A DNA stretch of 64,000 bases, taken from Lachnospiraceae bacterium (GTDB lineage: Bacteria; Bacillota; Clostridia; Lachnospirales; Lachnospiraceae). The notes below the pieces were generated by a model. That model ran no database searches, had not been told where the DNA came from, and saw nothing but the letters and a program-made list of their open reading frames with translations. Below are positions 45,846-54,437 of this stretch, in pieces (the stretch's first letter is position 1; the number at the start of each line of letters is the position of its first letter). The position numbers and the translations under genes are program-made. Location: contig JAAWOG010000010.1 in NCBI GenBank assembly GCA_022799355.1, forward strand, positions 5,766-69,765, written 5' to 3'.

Positions 45846-47254
45846 TGTATTATCGGTACGGAAAGCCGGAGGGAGGAATCGGTATCGACATGGGAAAAGC
45901 GGTGTATAAAATGGAGTGCCCTGCCTGTGAAGATATGCAGGTGGCAGTTTTGATGGGCGGTTTGGGGAGCAGGCTGAAAGAGCAGACGGCAGGCTGTCCG
46001 AAGCCCCTTATACCGATCCACGGGAAGCCGTTTTTTGAGTATGAATTTATGCTGCTTCTGCAGGCAGGATTCAAAAAATTTGTTTTTCTGGTGGGTTACC
46101 GGGCGAATATGATCGAGGAGTATTTCGGGGACGGGAGCCGTTATGGTGCGGACATATCCATACGGTACAGCTATGACGGAGAAAAGCTTCTGGGGACGGG
46201 CGGCGCCGTGATCAGGGCGCTTCCGATGCTGGAGGAAAACTTTATGCTGCTCTACGCGGACTCTTTTATGGATGTGGATTACTTTCAGATCGTATACCGT
46301 TATTTTGCGGGTAAAGCGGCAGGCCGCACTGCGCTGATGACCGTGATGGAGAACGGCAACCGGTTTGATAAAAGCAATGTGATCTATCAGGGCGGAGAGA
46401 TCAAGGTATATGACAAGAAAAACAGTACGCCTGATATGTCCTGTATTGATTATGGGATAGAGGTGTTTTCCAAAGAGATATTTTCTTCTCTGGCAGAATC
46501 GGCCGGGGAAGAAGCGGTGGATCTTGCGGATATCCAGAAAAAGCTGGTGGAAGAGGGAAAATGCACGGCATGTGAGGAAACCCGCAGATTTTATGAGATA
46601 GGGACGCCGTCTTCGCTGGCGGAATTTACGGAATATGCCGGGAGGCGGTTTATGGAGTCCGGGGGCGCCTGTTTTTTGGACAGGGACGGAGTGATCAATG
46701 AGATTGTCTATAATGAAGATACGGAGCAGCTTGATTCTCCGCTTGCGGTTTCTGAGTTTACGTTTTTGCCCGGAGCCGTGGAGGGGCTGAAAAAATTATA
46801 TGAGAGCGGCATGATGCTCTTTATTGTCTCAAACCAGCCGGCGGCAGCAAAGGGGAAGACAGCTCTCTCGGCGCTTTATGATATCAATGTCCATATGATA
46901 AAAGAACTGCAGAAGGAGGGGATTGAGGTTGCGGAGGCCGCAATCTGTCCTCATCATCCGGTTGGGAGCGGGAAAACAAAAGAAAGTTTCCTGATCCGGG
47001 AATGTGACTGCAGAAAGCCGAAGGCAGGACTGCTTTTGGGGATTATGAAAAAGTACAATATAGATCCGGGGCGTTCCTATATGATAGGGGACTCCTATAC
47101 GGATATGCTGGCAGGCAGGAAGGCAGGGGTAAAGACTGCCTTTGCAGGAGATTATAAATGCGATGTGTGCAGCCGGCTTGCATATATAAAACCGGATATC
47201 ACAGGGAGGAATCTGGCTGAGATTGCACAGATGATTGTGGAATCAAAAGGGTGA
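45845..47254 (+). CDS. Bifunctional fusion: sugar-1-phosphate nucleotidyltransferase (HddC-like) plus D,D-heptose-1,7-bisphosphate phosphatase (GmhB, HAD)
   Basis: The N-terminal half has VAVLMGGLGSRLKE..PKPLIPIHGKPF (G-G-x-G-x-R-L NTP-transferase loop). The C-terminal half has HAD motif I CFLDRDGVINE, motif II IVSNQPAAAKG, the Zn-finger insert CPHHP...CDCRKPKAG and motif III GDSYTDMLAGRKAG. The start is uncertain (45845, or ATG 45935 at MQVAVLMGG). Confidence 0.8.
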   Translation: MYYRYGKPEGGIGIDMGKAVYKMECPACEDMQVAVLMGGLGSRLKEQTAGCPKPLIPIHGKPFFEYEFMLLLQAGFKKFVFLVGYRANMIEEYFGDGSRYGADISIRYSYDGEKLLGTGGAVIRALPMLEENFMLLYADSFMDVDYFQIVYRYFAGKAAGRTALMTVMENGNRFDKSNVIYQGGEIKVYDKKNSTPDMSCIDYGIEVFSKEIFSSLAESAGEEAVDLADIQKKLVEEGKCTACEETRRFYEIGTPSSLAEFTEYAGRRFMESGGACFLDRDGVINEIVYNEDTEQLDSPLAVSEFTFLPGAVEGLKKLYESGMMLFIVSNQPAAAKGKTALSALYDINVHMIKELQKEGIEVAEAAICPHHPVGSGKTKESFLIRECDCRKPKAGLLLGIMKKYNIDPGRSYMIGDSYTDMLAGRKAGVKTAFAGDYKCDVCSRLAYIKPDITGRNLAEIAQMIVESKG

Positions 47255-47330
47255 CGGACGCCGGGATAAAAATATCCGCATGATAGGAACAGGTTAGAAA
47301 TACGCAATGGTGGAAAACAGGGAGAGGAAT

Positions 47331-48197
47331 ATGCTGAGTGGAAAAAAAGCGCTGATTACGGGGGCGGATCAGGGGCTTGGGAAGGAAATCGCGAAGGAAT
47401 TTCTTGAGCAGGGCGCATCAGTCTGCATTTGTTCCAGGGATGAAGGCAGACTCCGGGAGGCTGCGAAAGAGCTGGAATGCTGCAGGAAAGAAGAAAAGGG
47501 GAAGGTGATTTTCCGCCGTGCCGATGTGGGGATTACGGAAGATTTAGACGGGCTGTACGAATATATGCTGAGTGAGTTCGGAACGCTGGATTGTGTTGTA
47601 AATAACGCGGGAATCCAGGGACCGATCGGCGATTCGGCGGAGGTTTCCTGGGGGAAGATCGAAGAGGTGATCAGAATCAATCTGCTGGGGACTCTGTACG
47701 GTATGCGGAAAGCGGTATCTGTGTTCAGGGCACAGAAAAAGCAGGGCAGGATTGTCAATCTTTCCGGCGGCGGCGCAACGGGACCGAGAGAAAATTTTAT
47801 GGGATATGCCCTCTCAAAAACCGGTGTTGTGCGTGCCACGGAAATCATGGCGAAAGAGACGGAAAAAGACGGTATTTATATCAATGCTATTGCACCCGGC
47901 GCCATGAATACGAGAATGCTGGATGAAGTTTTAAAGGCGGGGGAAGAGGCGATGGGAGCAGGAGCCTATGCGCAGGCGCTGAAGCAGAAGGAAAGCGGCG
48001 GCGTATCTCCGAAGAAGGCGGCGCATCTGGCGGCATATCTTGCATCTGACAGAAGCGGGAAGATAAGCGGCAGGCTGATCAGTGCCCTGTGGGACGGCTG
48101 GGAGAGTTTCGGGACTCATGAGCAGGAAATTATGGGCAGTGATATTTACACACTGCGGCGCATCGTGCCGAAGGACAGAGGATTTGCGTGGGAGTGA
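47331..48197 (+). CDS. Classical short-chain dehydrogenase/reductase
   Basis: The ORF track starts at 47307. ATG 47331 follows a GGGAGAGGA SD. KKALITGADQGLGKEIA (TGxxxGxG), NNAG, and the YALSKTG catalytic Y-x3-K. Confidence 0.8.
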   Translation: MLSGKKALITGADQGLGKEIAKEFLEQGASVCICSRDEGRLREAAKELECCRKEEKGKVIFRRADVGITEDLDGLYEYMLSEFGTLDCVVNNAGIQGPIGDSAEVSWGKIEEVIRINLLGTLYGMRKAVSVFRAQKKQGRIVNLSGGGATGPRENFMGYALSKTGVVRATEIMAKETEKDGIYINAIAPGAMNTRMLDEVLKAGEEAMGAGAYAQALKQKESGGVSPKKAAHLAAYLASDRSGKISGRLISALWDGWESFGTHEQEIMGSDIYTLRRIVPKDRGFAWE

Positions 48198-48281
48198 TAC
48201 GGGATATGGCGGATACCCGGCGATAAGAGGAAAAGTAACGGCCTGGCAGGAATGCTTTGCAGTGGAAATAAAGGAGAAGAA

Positions 48282-48845
48282 ATGGAAAAAAGAGAGTATA
48301 TTGATCTGTATTTAAAGGAGACGGCGGAAATCATCGAAAAGCTGGACAGAGAGGCGATCGCGGACGCGGTTTCGGTTCTGGAGAAGATAAAGAAAGACGG
48401 CGGACGGCTGTTTGTTTTAGGCGTGGGGGGCAGTGCGGCAAATGCTTCCCATGCGGTAAATGATTTCAGGAAGATCGGCGGGATTGAAACCTATGCGCCT
48501 ACGGATAACGTGTCGGAACTGACGGCGAGGACCAACGATGAGGGGTGGGAGACGACTTTTTCGGAATGGCTGAAAACGTCCGGACTCTGTGAAAAGGATG
48601 TGCTTATGGTGTTTTCCGTGGGCGGCGGCAGTGAAACGACATCGCTGAATATCGTGAATGCTTTGAAACTGGGGCAGGAGCGGGGAACAAAGATCATCTC
48701 CATCGTTTCCAGAGACGGAGGATACGCAGGGCTGGTGTCGGATGCCTGTATTTTGGTACCGGTGGTATCGAAGGAGAGGATCACACCTCATGCGGAAGGC
48801 TGGCAGGGCGTGCTCTGGCATCTACTGGTCAATGCGTTACATTGA
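48282..48845 (+). CDS. gmhA: SIS-domain sedoheptulose-7-phosphate isomerase (GmhA)
   Basis: The ORF track starts at 48252. ATG 48282 follows an AAAGGAGAAG SD. GRLFVLGVGGSAANASHAVNDFRK, VLMVFSVGGGS, and ISIVSRDGG. Confidence 0.8.
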   Translation: MEKREYIDLYLKETAEIIEKLDREAIADAVSVLEKIKKDGGRLFVLGVGGSAANASHAVNDFRKIGGIETYAPTDNVSELTARTNDEGWETTFSEWLKTSGLCEKDVLMVFSVGGGSETTSLNIVNALKLGQERGTKIISIVSRDGGYAGLVSDACILVPVVSKERITPHAEGWQGVLWHLLVNALH

Positions 48846-48846
48846 T

Positions 48847-49587
48847 ATGGTTTATTCGGAGAACAATAGCGTGAAGATAGAAGATTTAAAGATTGCGATC
48901 TATGCGGACGGCGCCAATATTGAAAAGATGAAACAGATGAGCCGGCTGTCCTATATTAAGGGGTTTACCACGAATCCTACACTGATGAAAAAAGCCGGGG
49001 TGGCTGACTATGTGTCCTTTGCAAAGGAAGCTCTTGCCGAAATACCGGACCGTCCCGTCTCCATGGAAGTTTTTGCCGATGATTTTGACAAAATGGAGCG
49101 GGAAGCAAAAGAAATTGCCTCCTGGGGAGAAAACGTATTCGTAAAGATACCCGTTATGAATACAAAAGGAGACTCCGCCATACCACTGATCAAAAAACTT
49201 TCGGCAGAAGGATTGCACCTTAACGTTACGGCGGTTTTTACAATAGAACAGGTTCACAGCGTAGTGGAGGCATTCTCGGAAGGGACCGAAAACATTGTCT
49301 CGGTTTTTGCCGGCCGTATACTGGATGCGGGAGTAGACGCAGAAGAGATTATGAAACAAGCCCTGCCTATCTGCAGAGCCAAAAGAGGCACAAAACTCCT
49401 CTGGGCAAGCGTCAGGGAAGTGTTCAACATCGTTCAGGCTGACCGCTGCGGTGCAGATATTATCACAGTACCCGATGAAATCATCACAAAACTCCATAAC
49501 TTCGGGAAAGATCTGACAGAATTTTCGAGAGAGACCGTGGAAATGTTTGTGAGAGATGGGAAAAGCCTTGGTTTTTCCATTCTGTAA
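48847..49587 (+). CDS. Transaldolase-family protein (short TalC/FSA-like class)
   Basis: ATG 48847 lies 1 nt after the gmhA stop (the ORF track starts at 48742 inside gmhA). IAIYADGAN, the GFTTNPTLMKK signature, SMEVFADD, VFVKIPV (Schiff-base Lys context), LNVTAVFT, and SVFAGRI. Confidence 0.75.
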   Translation: MVYSENNSVKIEDLKIAIYADGANIEKMKQMSRLSYIKGFTTNPTLMKKAGVADYVSFAKEALAEIPDRPVSMEVFADDFDKMEREAKEIASWGENVFVKIPVMNTKGDSAIPLIKKLSAEGLHLNVTAVFTIEQVHSVVEAFSEGTENIVSVFAGRILDAGVDAEEIMKQALPICRAKRGTKLLWASVREVFNIVQADRCGADIITVPDEIITKLHNFGKDLTEFSRETVEMFVRDGKSLGFSIL

Positions 49588-49618
49588 AATACGAATAAAG
49601 CAATTATACATAAGAGAC

Positions 49619-49651
49619 GGTTATATGCTGCAGTTCTCACAGCATATAACC
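49619..49651. terminator. Perfect 12-bp hairpin between convergent genes (probable bidirectional terminator)
   Basis: GGTTATATGCTG (49619-49630), loop cagttctca, CAGCATATAACC (49640-49651). It lies 32 nt after the transaldolase stop and 40 nt after the stop of the minus-strand lipoprotein gene. There is no U-run on either side, so its efficiency is uncertain. Confidence 0.55.
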
Positions 49652-49690
49652 GCCTCTGACAGCGTATCATTTAAAATCTAAAAGTTAAGA

Positions 49691-50194
49691 TTATTCCCCT
49701 AAAGCCAGAAAAGCACTCCTGATCGCATTTGTCGTATTTGTATCCCCCATAACAAACAGGATAACTTCCCCTACATTTTCCACGACAACACTTTCTGCTT
49801 CCACACAGATCCATTTTCTCGGATCGGCATTGTCGGAGATAGTCTGTTTTGCCGCTTCCACATCAGCGCCTTCCGGCAGCCTTAACAGAATACACTGATA
49901 AGGAACGGCATTTATCATCGGCATGGAATAATAGCTTTCCGCATACTCCACATCCGCTGTTCCGATCATGTATTCGGCTGAATCTGCGGGAATCTCCCCG
50001 GAATCAAAACTGCCTTCCATGGAATCCCTGAAATCCTGCGAAAGATCTGCGTTTTCATAGACGGTGTCCATGATGTCAGAGAGAGGCCCGATCAAATTTA
50101 CATCAGCGGCATCACCGCTGCCGGATTTACCGCAGGATGTGAGCAAAAGAGCCGCCGTAAGCACAGACAATAATAATGTTCTTTTTTTTCTCAT
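49691..50194 (-). CDS. Small secreted lipoprotein (possibly DUF4358-like)
   Basis: 167 aa. Signal peptide plus lipobox MRKKRTLLLSVLTAALLLTSC|GKSGS. The mature part is acidic. Confidence 0.65.
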   Translation of the reverse strand: MRKKRTLLLSVLTAALLLTSCGKSGSGDAADVNLIGPLSDIMDTVYENADLSQDFRDSMEGSFDSGEIPADSAEYMIGTADVEYAESYYSMPMINAVPYQCILLRLPEGADVEAAKQTISDNADPRKWICVEAESVVVENVGEVILFVMGDTNTTNAIRSAFLALGE

Positions 50195-50302
50195 AATAAT
50201 TCTCCTCGTCTTTTATAATTTTTAGATATGCCGCACCCTGCAATCATCTTTTTCGCCAGGTGCTGATATGATATCTGTCAGCATTTTACCATATTCCGGA
50301 AA

Positions 50303-52651
50303 TTAAGATACCCCATTCACAGATATTTCATAAAATTCTCCCGAAAAAGGATCTCTTACATAATCACTGTCCTCCCGTCCCATGCCGGGTATCAGGATTT
50401 CTTCCAGAACCGCACCGGTTTCATCGGAAAAGTATATCGTCTCCCCTTTTCGGAGATTAAAGTCCAGCGGGAGAGCGCTGTTATTTGGCGCCTGCCTGTT
50501 TTTCTTCCCGTAGAGAACAAGAGATTCACCGGGAGCAAGGACTTTGCCGGGAAGTCCGGTTTTTTTCAGCGCCGCGGGATCATCGCTGAGATACAGCCCG
50601 CTAAGGGAGATGTCATGGCCTGAGGGATTGGTGATCTCTATCAGATCATTTGTCCCCTGAACATGGATGCGGGAGATAATGGGAAGGGCATCGGGCTTAT
50701 CTTCCAGAACAAGGGAAATCTTCAGCCGGGGATTATTTTCCGACTCCGCGTAGCCCTGGGTTCCAAAATTTTCCGGTGGAGTAAAATCCTGCATATTCTG
50801 TATCGGAATTTCCAGCAATTGTTTTAGGTCTTCGGATGAAAAAGTAAGTTCTTTTTCTCTATATTGTACACCGTTTACGAGCCAGTATGCAAAGTTGTGT
50901 CCCTCATTTGCGGAAGCCTTCAGTGTGAGGGCATTGTCCGCATAGTAGATACCCGAAAAACTGCTGCCCGTGTCCGCAATGGAATTTACCGAAATCCTGG
51001 CGTTTTCCGGACAATCTACCTGCAGATGGTAAGGATAAAATAAAGCAAAATCCCGCTGCAGGAAAGTGTGCATGTAGCCCGGGCGGTTTGCGGCGAAGGT
51101 TAAGATGGAGGCGGTTTCGGCATGCACCATTTCCATGGTGGTAATATCCGGCAGCATATTTTCCACATAATAACCGAGTTCCCGATCCCTCAAAAGAGAG
51201 AGTTCCTGCACCGTTTCGGAGACGGATTCATAGGAAAAGGTTTTGTTCATCAGATCGCACACATAAGTAGAAAACATTTCCCGGCAGTCCGCCCTTGCCA
51301 TCAGGTTGCAGAAAAGAGGGGACTGATAGTTATTTAACAGCACGGCAATATTGTCCTCTTCGCAGGCATACCCCGGCACATCGTCGGTTAACCCAAAACC
51401 ATAATCGGTATCGTAAAACAGATATCGATATCTTCCGTCAAAAACAGTCCCTTTCGTGTAATGCCCGTCATCGGCAATATACCGATAAGCGCGGACATTG
51501 TTGTAGGGCCAGTCTTTATTGGCAATATAGATTTCCATCGCGTAATAGGAGAGATAGTTTTCCACATCAATTTTTTCACGGAGCGCCTGATAGAGGGTAT
51601 CATCCGTCAGGTCGGCTTCCGCGTAAGTATCATAGATGTCCTGATACTCTTCAATGATCGGACTCATTTCCTCCCCTTCTTCTCCCGCCGTCTTATAGAA
51701 TTCCCACAGCGTAACCCGATCAAAATGTCCGTTTGCGCTGCCGTAGAGTTCCTCCATCTGTCCGGCGGAAAAAGGCTCTTTGATCCAGTAAAAGCCGGCG
51801 TACTCACCATTGATATAGACCGCGGCGGGAACATAAGGCGTTGTGAGCAAAAAGCCGTAGTCTGTGGCTAACTGCTGGAACAGGGTATCCCGAAGAAATG
51901 CCTTGCCGAAATCATTGCCGCTGTTGCGAAAGACAAGGCGGTTACTGCGGTCCGAAATGGTATTGTCCGTCTCCCGGCGGACGGAGGGAAACAGGGAGAG
52001 ATGGAATTTCCCGTATTCATCATAGTCCTTTCGGGCAAAAAGCTGGAAAGATTTCTGAGCCTTACCCCTGGAAAAATTGCCGAAAATCCGCAGGCCGCAG
52101 TTCTGGGAGGCAAGGAGCTTTCCGTCCCTGTCAAAAATCTGGAAATGGACAGGGCGTTCCGAAACTTCTCCGGATAGTGTATAATTCGTAAAAACCCCCT
52201 CTTCTTCACCGTAGAGATCCGAAGGATTTCCCAGAATATTGACCACATATGTATCATATCTGGAACGGACAAAGAAACCCAAAATATAGTTGTAACTGTA
52301 AACCTTTGAACTTGTTCCGTCATCAAAATAAAGACGGAAACGCAGAGGGTAGGATTTCTCTTTTAATGCCGCTTTTAAGGCAATGGGACGCTCGTACAGG
52401 ACGGAAGCGGAAGAAGTACTGGAGGGTTCGGAACCGTCTGTGGTATAATATATATCGGCATTTTTGACAGGCGTAATGCGGATTCGCAGGGAATGACGGT
52501 AAAAACCGCTTTCATGGCTGATCATAAAAGCGGAATCGGTAAGGGAGCCGCCTTTTTTAACATCATCCTGCATGAAGAGGGCAAAAGGAAGTACAAAGGC
52601 GGCGGAAAGCAGAAATATAACAATCATAATAAAGGAATGTAACTTTTTCAT
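50303..52651 (-). CDS. CotH kinase-family protein with an N-terminal signal anchor and a C-terminal lamin-tail-like (LTD) domain
   Basis: The ORF track extends to 52780. ATG at 52651 gives MKKLHSFIMIVIFLLSAAFVLPF. CotH blocks are CGLRIFGNFSRGKAQKSFQLFARKDYD, VPAAVYINGEYAGFYWIKEPFS and VENYLSYYAMEIYIANKDWPYNNVRAYR. The C-terminus reads IHVQGTNDLIEITNPSGHDISLSGLYLSDD...LAPGESLVLYG. Confidence 0.75.
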   Translation of the reverse strand: MKKLHSFIMIVIFLLSAAFVLPFALFMQDDVKKGGSLTDSAFMISHESGFYRHSLRIRITPVKNADIYYTTDGSEPSSTSSASVLYERPIALKAALKEKSYPLRFRLYFDDGTSSKVYSYNYILGFFVRSRYDTYVVNILGNPSDLYGEEEGVFTNYTLSGEVSERPVHFQIFDRDGKLLASQNCGLRIFGNFSRGKAQKSFQLFARKDYDEYGKFHLSLFPSVRRETDNTISDRSNRLVFRNSGNDFGKAFLRDTLFQQLATDYGFLLTTPYVPAAVYINGEYAGFYWIKEPFSAGQMEELYGSANGHFDRVTLWEFYKTAGEEGEEMSPIIEEYQDIYDTYAEADLTDDTLYQALREKIDVENYLSYYAMEIYIANKDWPYNNVRAYRYIADDGHYTKGTVFDGRYRYLFYDTDYGFGLTDDVPGYACEEDNIAVLLNNYQSPLFCNLMARADCREMFSTYVCDLMNKTFSYESVSETVQELSLLRDRELGYYVENMLPDITTMEMVHAETASILTFAANRPGYMHTFLQRDFALFYPYHLQVDCPENARISVNSIADTGSSFSGIYYADNALTLKASANEGHNFAYWLVNGVQYREKELTFSSEDLKQLLEIPIQNMQDFTPPENFGTQGYAESENNPRLKISLVLEDKPDALPIISRIHVQGTNDLIEITNPSGHDISLSGLYLSDDPAALKKTGLPGKVLAPGESLVLYGKKNRQAPNNSALPLDFNLRKGETIYFSDETGAVLEEILIPGMGREDSDYVRDPFSGEFYEISVNGVS

Positions 52652-52739
52652 ACTGCTATCATAATATAAAATCTTAAAAAAATACAGAGCGAAAGGCTGA
52701 AAATTAAAAATTTTAAACAGCGCAGAAACAGGAGAAACT

Positions 52740-54437
52740 ATGAAAAAGCAGATGTGGCATAAAAAACTGGGGAGGATCATTTACAGCAGTCGGTTTTATA
52801 CGGGAGTGTTGCTGTTGCTCATGATGATTCCGGGCATTTTGTTCACAAAACGGGTAGTGCGGGCGGATGAGATCGATATGGTTTCGGATAAGGAATTTCA
52901 GGAAATACTGAATAACTACAGAGAGAATCAGGAACTTTTATCGGAGGGGGAAGTCCTGCTGACACTCAATGACTGTCCATTGCCCTATGACAGAGGGGAA
53001 AATATCTGGTATGTGGCACAGAACCCGGAGAACAGAGCGTGGGAGGGTGTGCTGGGGCTCAGTGAAAGAGATGCCGTGCTCTACCTGTTAGATGACGGTT
53101 ATCTGAGAAAAAAGGAAGAAGTGATCCGGGAGGGACATCTGTTTCAGGCGGTAATCGTAAAAGGGGAGGAATATGCGCAGGCTTCCATTGCGGTATCGGG
53201 TATGCCTGTTGTTTCTATTGAAACAAAAGATACCTGGCAGCCAGTGTATCCGATCGAGGATATTGATAACTATGTATTTAATTCGGAACTCCGTTGCCTC
53301 GGGGATATCACGATATTCCATGCAAACGGAAATTCGGGCACATATAAAGCGCTGAAGGACCATGCAGGTTCTGATTACCGCATCGTGAAGGCAAAGGTCA
53401 GTTATCATACAAGAGGTAATACATCGGACAACTTTGAGAAGAAGAGTTATGCCCTGAAACTGACGGATGAGGAGGGGGAAGGAAAAAAAGTAAATCTGTT
53501 CGGGCTGGGGGAGAGTGCGGACTGGAAACTTCTTGCCGGGGCAGGGGATGTAACGAAGGTGCGGGAAAAGACCGCCTGGCAGCTCTGGCAGGAGATAGCG
53601 GACAGGCAGAGCCTGACCTCGGAAGGGGCTTCAGCCATGGAATACTGCGAGGTTGTCCTGGACGGCAGTTATATCGGGATGTATCAGGTACTGAAAAGCC
53701 CGGATAAGAATACGCTGAATCTGGAGACAACGGACGTGCTGTACAAATTTTTACAGGCGGAGATGCCTCTTGAGGCGGATATTCAGAGCAGTATCGATGC
53801 TGCCTATCCGGTTTGTTATCCGATCAGGATACGCTATCCGGGGCAGGATACGGTAAGCTTAGATCCTGCGGGGTACTGGGAGCCGCTGCGGCAGTATCTG
53901 GGGGCGGCGTATTGGCATATTGACTTTGAAAGGCTGTATTTACTGATCGATTTGGAAAACACAATGGACTACTACCTGTTTCTGGAGGCGACATCGGCGT
54001 GGGACAATGCCTGCAAAAATACCTATCATATAGCCAGAAGGACGAAAGAAGGGGAAGTAAGGATGCTGACGATCCCATGGGATTTAAACTATACTTTCGG
54101 GGATGAGTATACCACGGAGATAGAACTGGGAAAGACGAGGTTCAATCCGGATACGACGCAGCTTTACACGGAACCCGTGATCAGACAGCTTTTTATGAAT
54201 AATACACACGGAGAAGAAGACATATTGAAAAGCAGATGGGCGGCGTACAGGCAGGATATTTTCAGCGATGAGCATGTTTTGGGGCTGATGCGGGAAAATA
54301 TGGAATATATGCAAAAGACCGGCGCGTTTGAGAGAGATTCCGCAAGGTGGCCCATGCAGAACAATGACAGCGATCTGACAAAGATTATGGAGTATGAAAG
54401 AGAAAGGCTGAGGTTTTTGGATGAATATTTCGGGTAA
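52740..54437 (+). CDS. CotH kinase-family protein, exported (tandem paralog 1)
   Basis: 565 aa, TM anchor FYTGVLLLLMMIPGILF. VSYHTRGNTSDNFEKKSYALKL, ADWKLLAGAGDVTKVREKTAWQLW, YCEVVLDGSYIGMYQVLKSPDKNTL, and LTIPWDLNYTFG. Confidence 0.7.
   Translation: MKKQMWHKKLGRIIYSSRFYTGVLLLLMMIPGILFTKRVVRADEIDMVSDKEFQEILNNYRENQELLSEGEVLLTLNDCPLPYDRGENIWYVAQNPENRAWEGVLGLSERDAVLYLLDDGYLRKKEEVIREGHLFQAVIVKGEEYAQASIAVSGMPVVSIETKDTWQPVYPIEDIDNYVFNSELRCLGDITIFHANGNSGTYKALKDHAGSDYRIVKAKVSYHTRGNTSDNFEKKSYALKLTDEEGEGKKVNLFGLGESADWKLLAGAGDVTKVREKTAWQLWQEIADRQSLTSEGASAMEYCEVVLDGSYIGMYQVLKSPDKNTLNLETTDVLYKFLQAEMPLEADIQSSIDAAYPVCYPIRIRYPGQDTVSLDPAGYWEPLRQYLGAAYWHIDFERLYLLIDLENTMDYYLFLEATSAWDNACKNTYHIARRTKEGEVRMLTIPWDLNYTFGDEYTTEIELGKTRFNPDTTQLYTEPVIRQLFMNNTHGEEDILKSRWAAYRQDIFSDEHVLGLMRENMEYMQKTGAFERDSARWPMQNNDSDLTKIMEYERERLRFLDEYFG

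Noticed and set aside
48886-49611. 241-aa minus-strand ORF opposite the transaldolase gene
   Set aside because: The plus-strand frame contains the TTNP(T)L transaldolase signature and is translationally coupled to gmhA. I treat the antisense ORF as a shadow.
50195-50302. Short hairpin (TGCTGA-n11-TCAGCA) between the minus-strand CotH-LTD gene and the lipoprotein gene, considered as a terminator
   Set aside because: The stem is only 6 bp, with no U-run in the transcribed (minus) orientation. That is too weak to call.
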